From contig NC_042999.1 in NCBI RefSeq assembly GCF_006345805.1, positions 37,510,001 through 37,574,000 on the forward strand: a stretch of DNA of 64,000 nt. The letters run 5' to 3'. Shown piece by piece: positions 62,495-64,000 of the stretch (position 1 is its first letter; each line of letters opens with the position of its first letter). The notes under the pieces were generated by a model, which had not been told where the DNA came from, made no database searches, and was given only the letters and a program-made list of their open reading frames with translations. The position numbers were made by a program, and so were the translations under genes. The DNA is from Octopus sinensis (Eukaryota).

Positions 62495-62985
62495 CCTTTT
62501 TTTACTCTTTTTATTTGTTTCAGTCATTTGACTGCGGCCATGCTGGAGAACCACCTTTAGACTATATCAAATCGACCTTAAGACTTATTCTTTGTAAGCC
62601 TAGTACTTATTCTATCGGTGTCTTCTGCTGAACCACTAAGTTACGGGGACGTAATCACACCAGTATCGGTTATCAAGCGATGGTGGGGGACACACACAGC
62701 CTCACAAACACACACACACACACACACACAAACGCATATACGACGGGCTTCTTTCAGTTTCCGTCTACAAATCCACTCACAAGGGTTTAGTTGGCCTGAG
62801 GCTATAGTAGAAGACACTTACCCAAGGTGTCACGCTGTGGGACTGAACCCGGAACCATGCGGTTGGTAAGCAAGCTACTTACCACACCACCACTTCTATA
62901 TAGGCGTAGGAGTGGCTGTGTGGGAAGTAGCTTGTTTACCAACAACATGGTTCCGGGTTTAGTCCCACTGCGTGGCACTTTGGGT
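62495..62985. mobile_element. SINE A (-, 62495-62895) plus adjacent inverted SINE A head (+, 62902-62985)
   Basis: Homology. Confidence 0.85.
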
Positions 62986-62989
62986 AGTT

Positions 62990-63725
62990 ATATATATTTT
63001 TAAAAATTATAAATATAAATTCTCAAATAAAAGGCGTGACCTCTAGGACAAAATTCCTCATCTTATAAAGTGTGGCCCCAGTAGACCCGAATGAAATCGG
63101 GTTATATTAACCAAAATGTAAAAAGGGGTCTAAATGGGGCTGGAAGGGGATTAAAATTTACAGGAGCGGGTGTTTAGGAATTCTCTGTTACATCAAGCTA
63201 AAAAATTTGCGCCAGCCTTTTAATCGTCAATGTGTTGCCGTCCATGATGAAGAAGTTTTGAATGCTTGCCATGGTGAGTCTACTGTCGTGAGAAAGAATC
63301 ACTTCAAAACTTGGTGTTTAGGAATTTTCTTTTACATCAAGTTCAAAATTTTACGCCAGCCGTTAAACTGTCAATACGTTGCTGTCCGTCGTTAAGAAAT
63401 GCCAGCCATGGTGACTCTACTATCCTCAGATTCTACCCCTTCAAACTTTGGTTTCCAATATTTTATTATTTTTATTCAGCTCGCAAGTTCGTCTGTCCCT
63501 TTTAAATGTTAGTGTTTTGCTGTCTGCCTTGAAGCAGACCTTTCCGTTCTCACTGCCTGATATTTATGATTGATCTTTCAAAATATTTTATTTCTCAACT
63601 TACTCAAGATCTTTTGTTGTTTATAAATGGGAGAGAGATAGATAAAGATAGAGAGTAAGAGAAAGCGAGGGAGAGTCCGAGAGAAAAAAAAAGTAAGAGA
63701 GTGGGAAAGTGAGAGAGAAAGGAGA
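62990..63725 (+). mobile_element. Fragments of the 56-57 kb Helitron family
   Basis: 63030-63165 matches 56280-56360 and 57001-57050; 63610-63690 matches 57250-57320. Confidence 0.6.
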
Positions 63726-63726
63726 G

Positions 63727-64000
63727 AGAAACAAAGAGGGAGAATCATCATCATCATCATGGTTTAACGTCCGTTTTCCGTGCTAGCACGGGTTGGACAG
63801 TTTGACCGGGGTCTGGGAAGCCAGGAGGCTGCACCAGGCTCCAGTCTGATCTGGCAGTGTTTCTACAGCTGGATGCCCTTCCTAACACCAACCACTCTGT
63901 GAGTGTAGTGGGTGCTTTTTTCGTGCCACCGGCACAAGTGCCAGGGGGCTGGCAGCGGCCACGATCGGTTGGTGCTTTTTACGTGCCACCGGCACAGAAG
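63727..64000 (-). mobile_element. RTE 3'-tail element (runs off the window)
   Basis: (CAT)n end and homology to 12700-12935. Confidence 0.85.

Noticed and set aside
1-64000. Most ORF-track entries (IYIY, HTHT, CVCV, MYVC runs; recurring MTTDAGV..., MLGGQT..., RNPKETFHW... peptides)
   Set aside because: They are translations of microsatellites and of SINE A or hAT MITE copies, not genes.

Overview
AT-rich, repeat-saturated animal genomic DNA with one 100-N gap (34401-34500). The repeat repertoire resembles an octopod cephalopod; this is inferred from recall, not from a search. Most ORF-track entries are microsatellite or SINE artefacts. The only confidently recognisable host coding sequence is a first coding exon of an alpha-arrestin (ARRDC/TXNIP-like) gene on the minus strand (40319-40202); no exon 2 could be found. 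The rest of the window comprises: four tRNA-derived SINE families (labelled A, B, C, G here, about 35 copies including chimeras); degenerate RTE and R4/Dong LINE fragments; a deleted Gypsy element and a second LTR with PBS; a mariner; hAT, piggyBac and Tc2 MITEs with clear TIRs and TSDs; several non-autonomous Helitrons; and microsatellites. Most notable: (i) a type I hammerhead-ribozyme fold inside a 329-bp tandem unit (retrozyme-like, 25471-25930); (ii) minimal Penelope-type hammerheads at 24069 and 42963; (iii) an initiator-tRNA-Met-like gene with compensatory acceptor-stem changes (5672-5743); (iv) an RTE LINE with a twin-priming-like 5' inversion (44832-45541); (v) a HSE/TATA/MRE regulatory island at about 58.1-58.9 kb; (vi) head-to-tail SINE and Helitron arrays. 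All RNA folds and alignments were done by eye.
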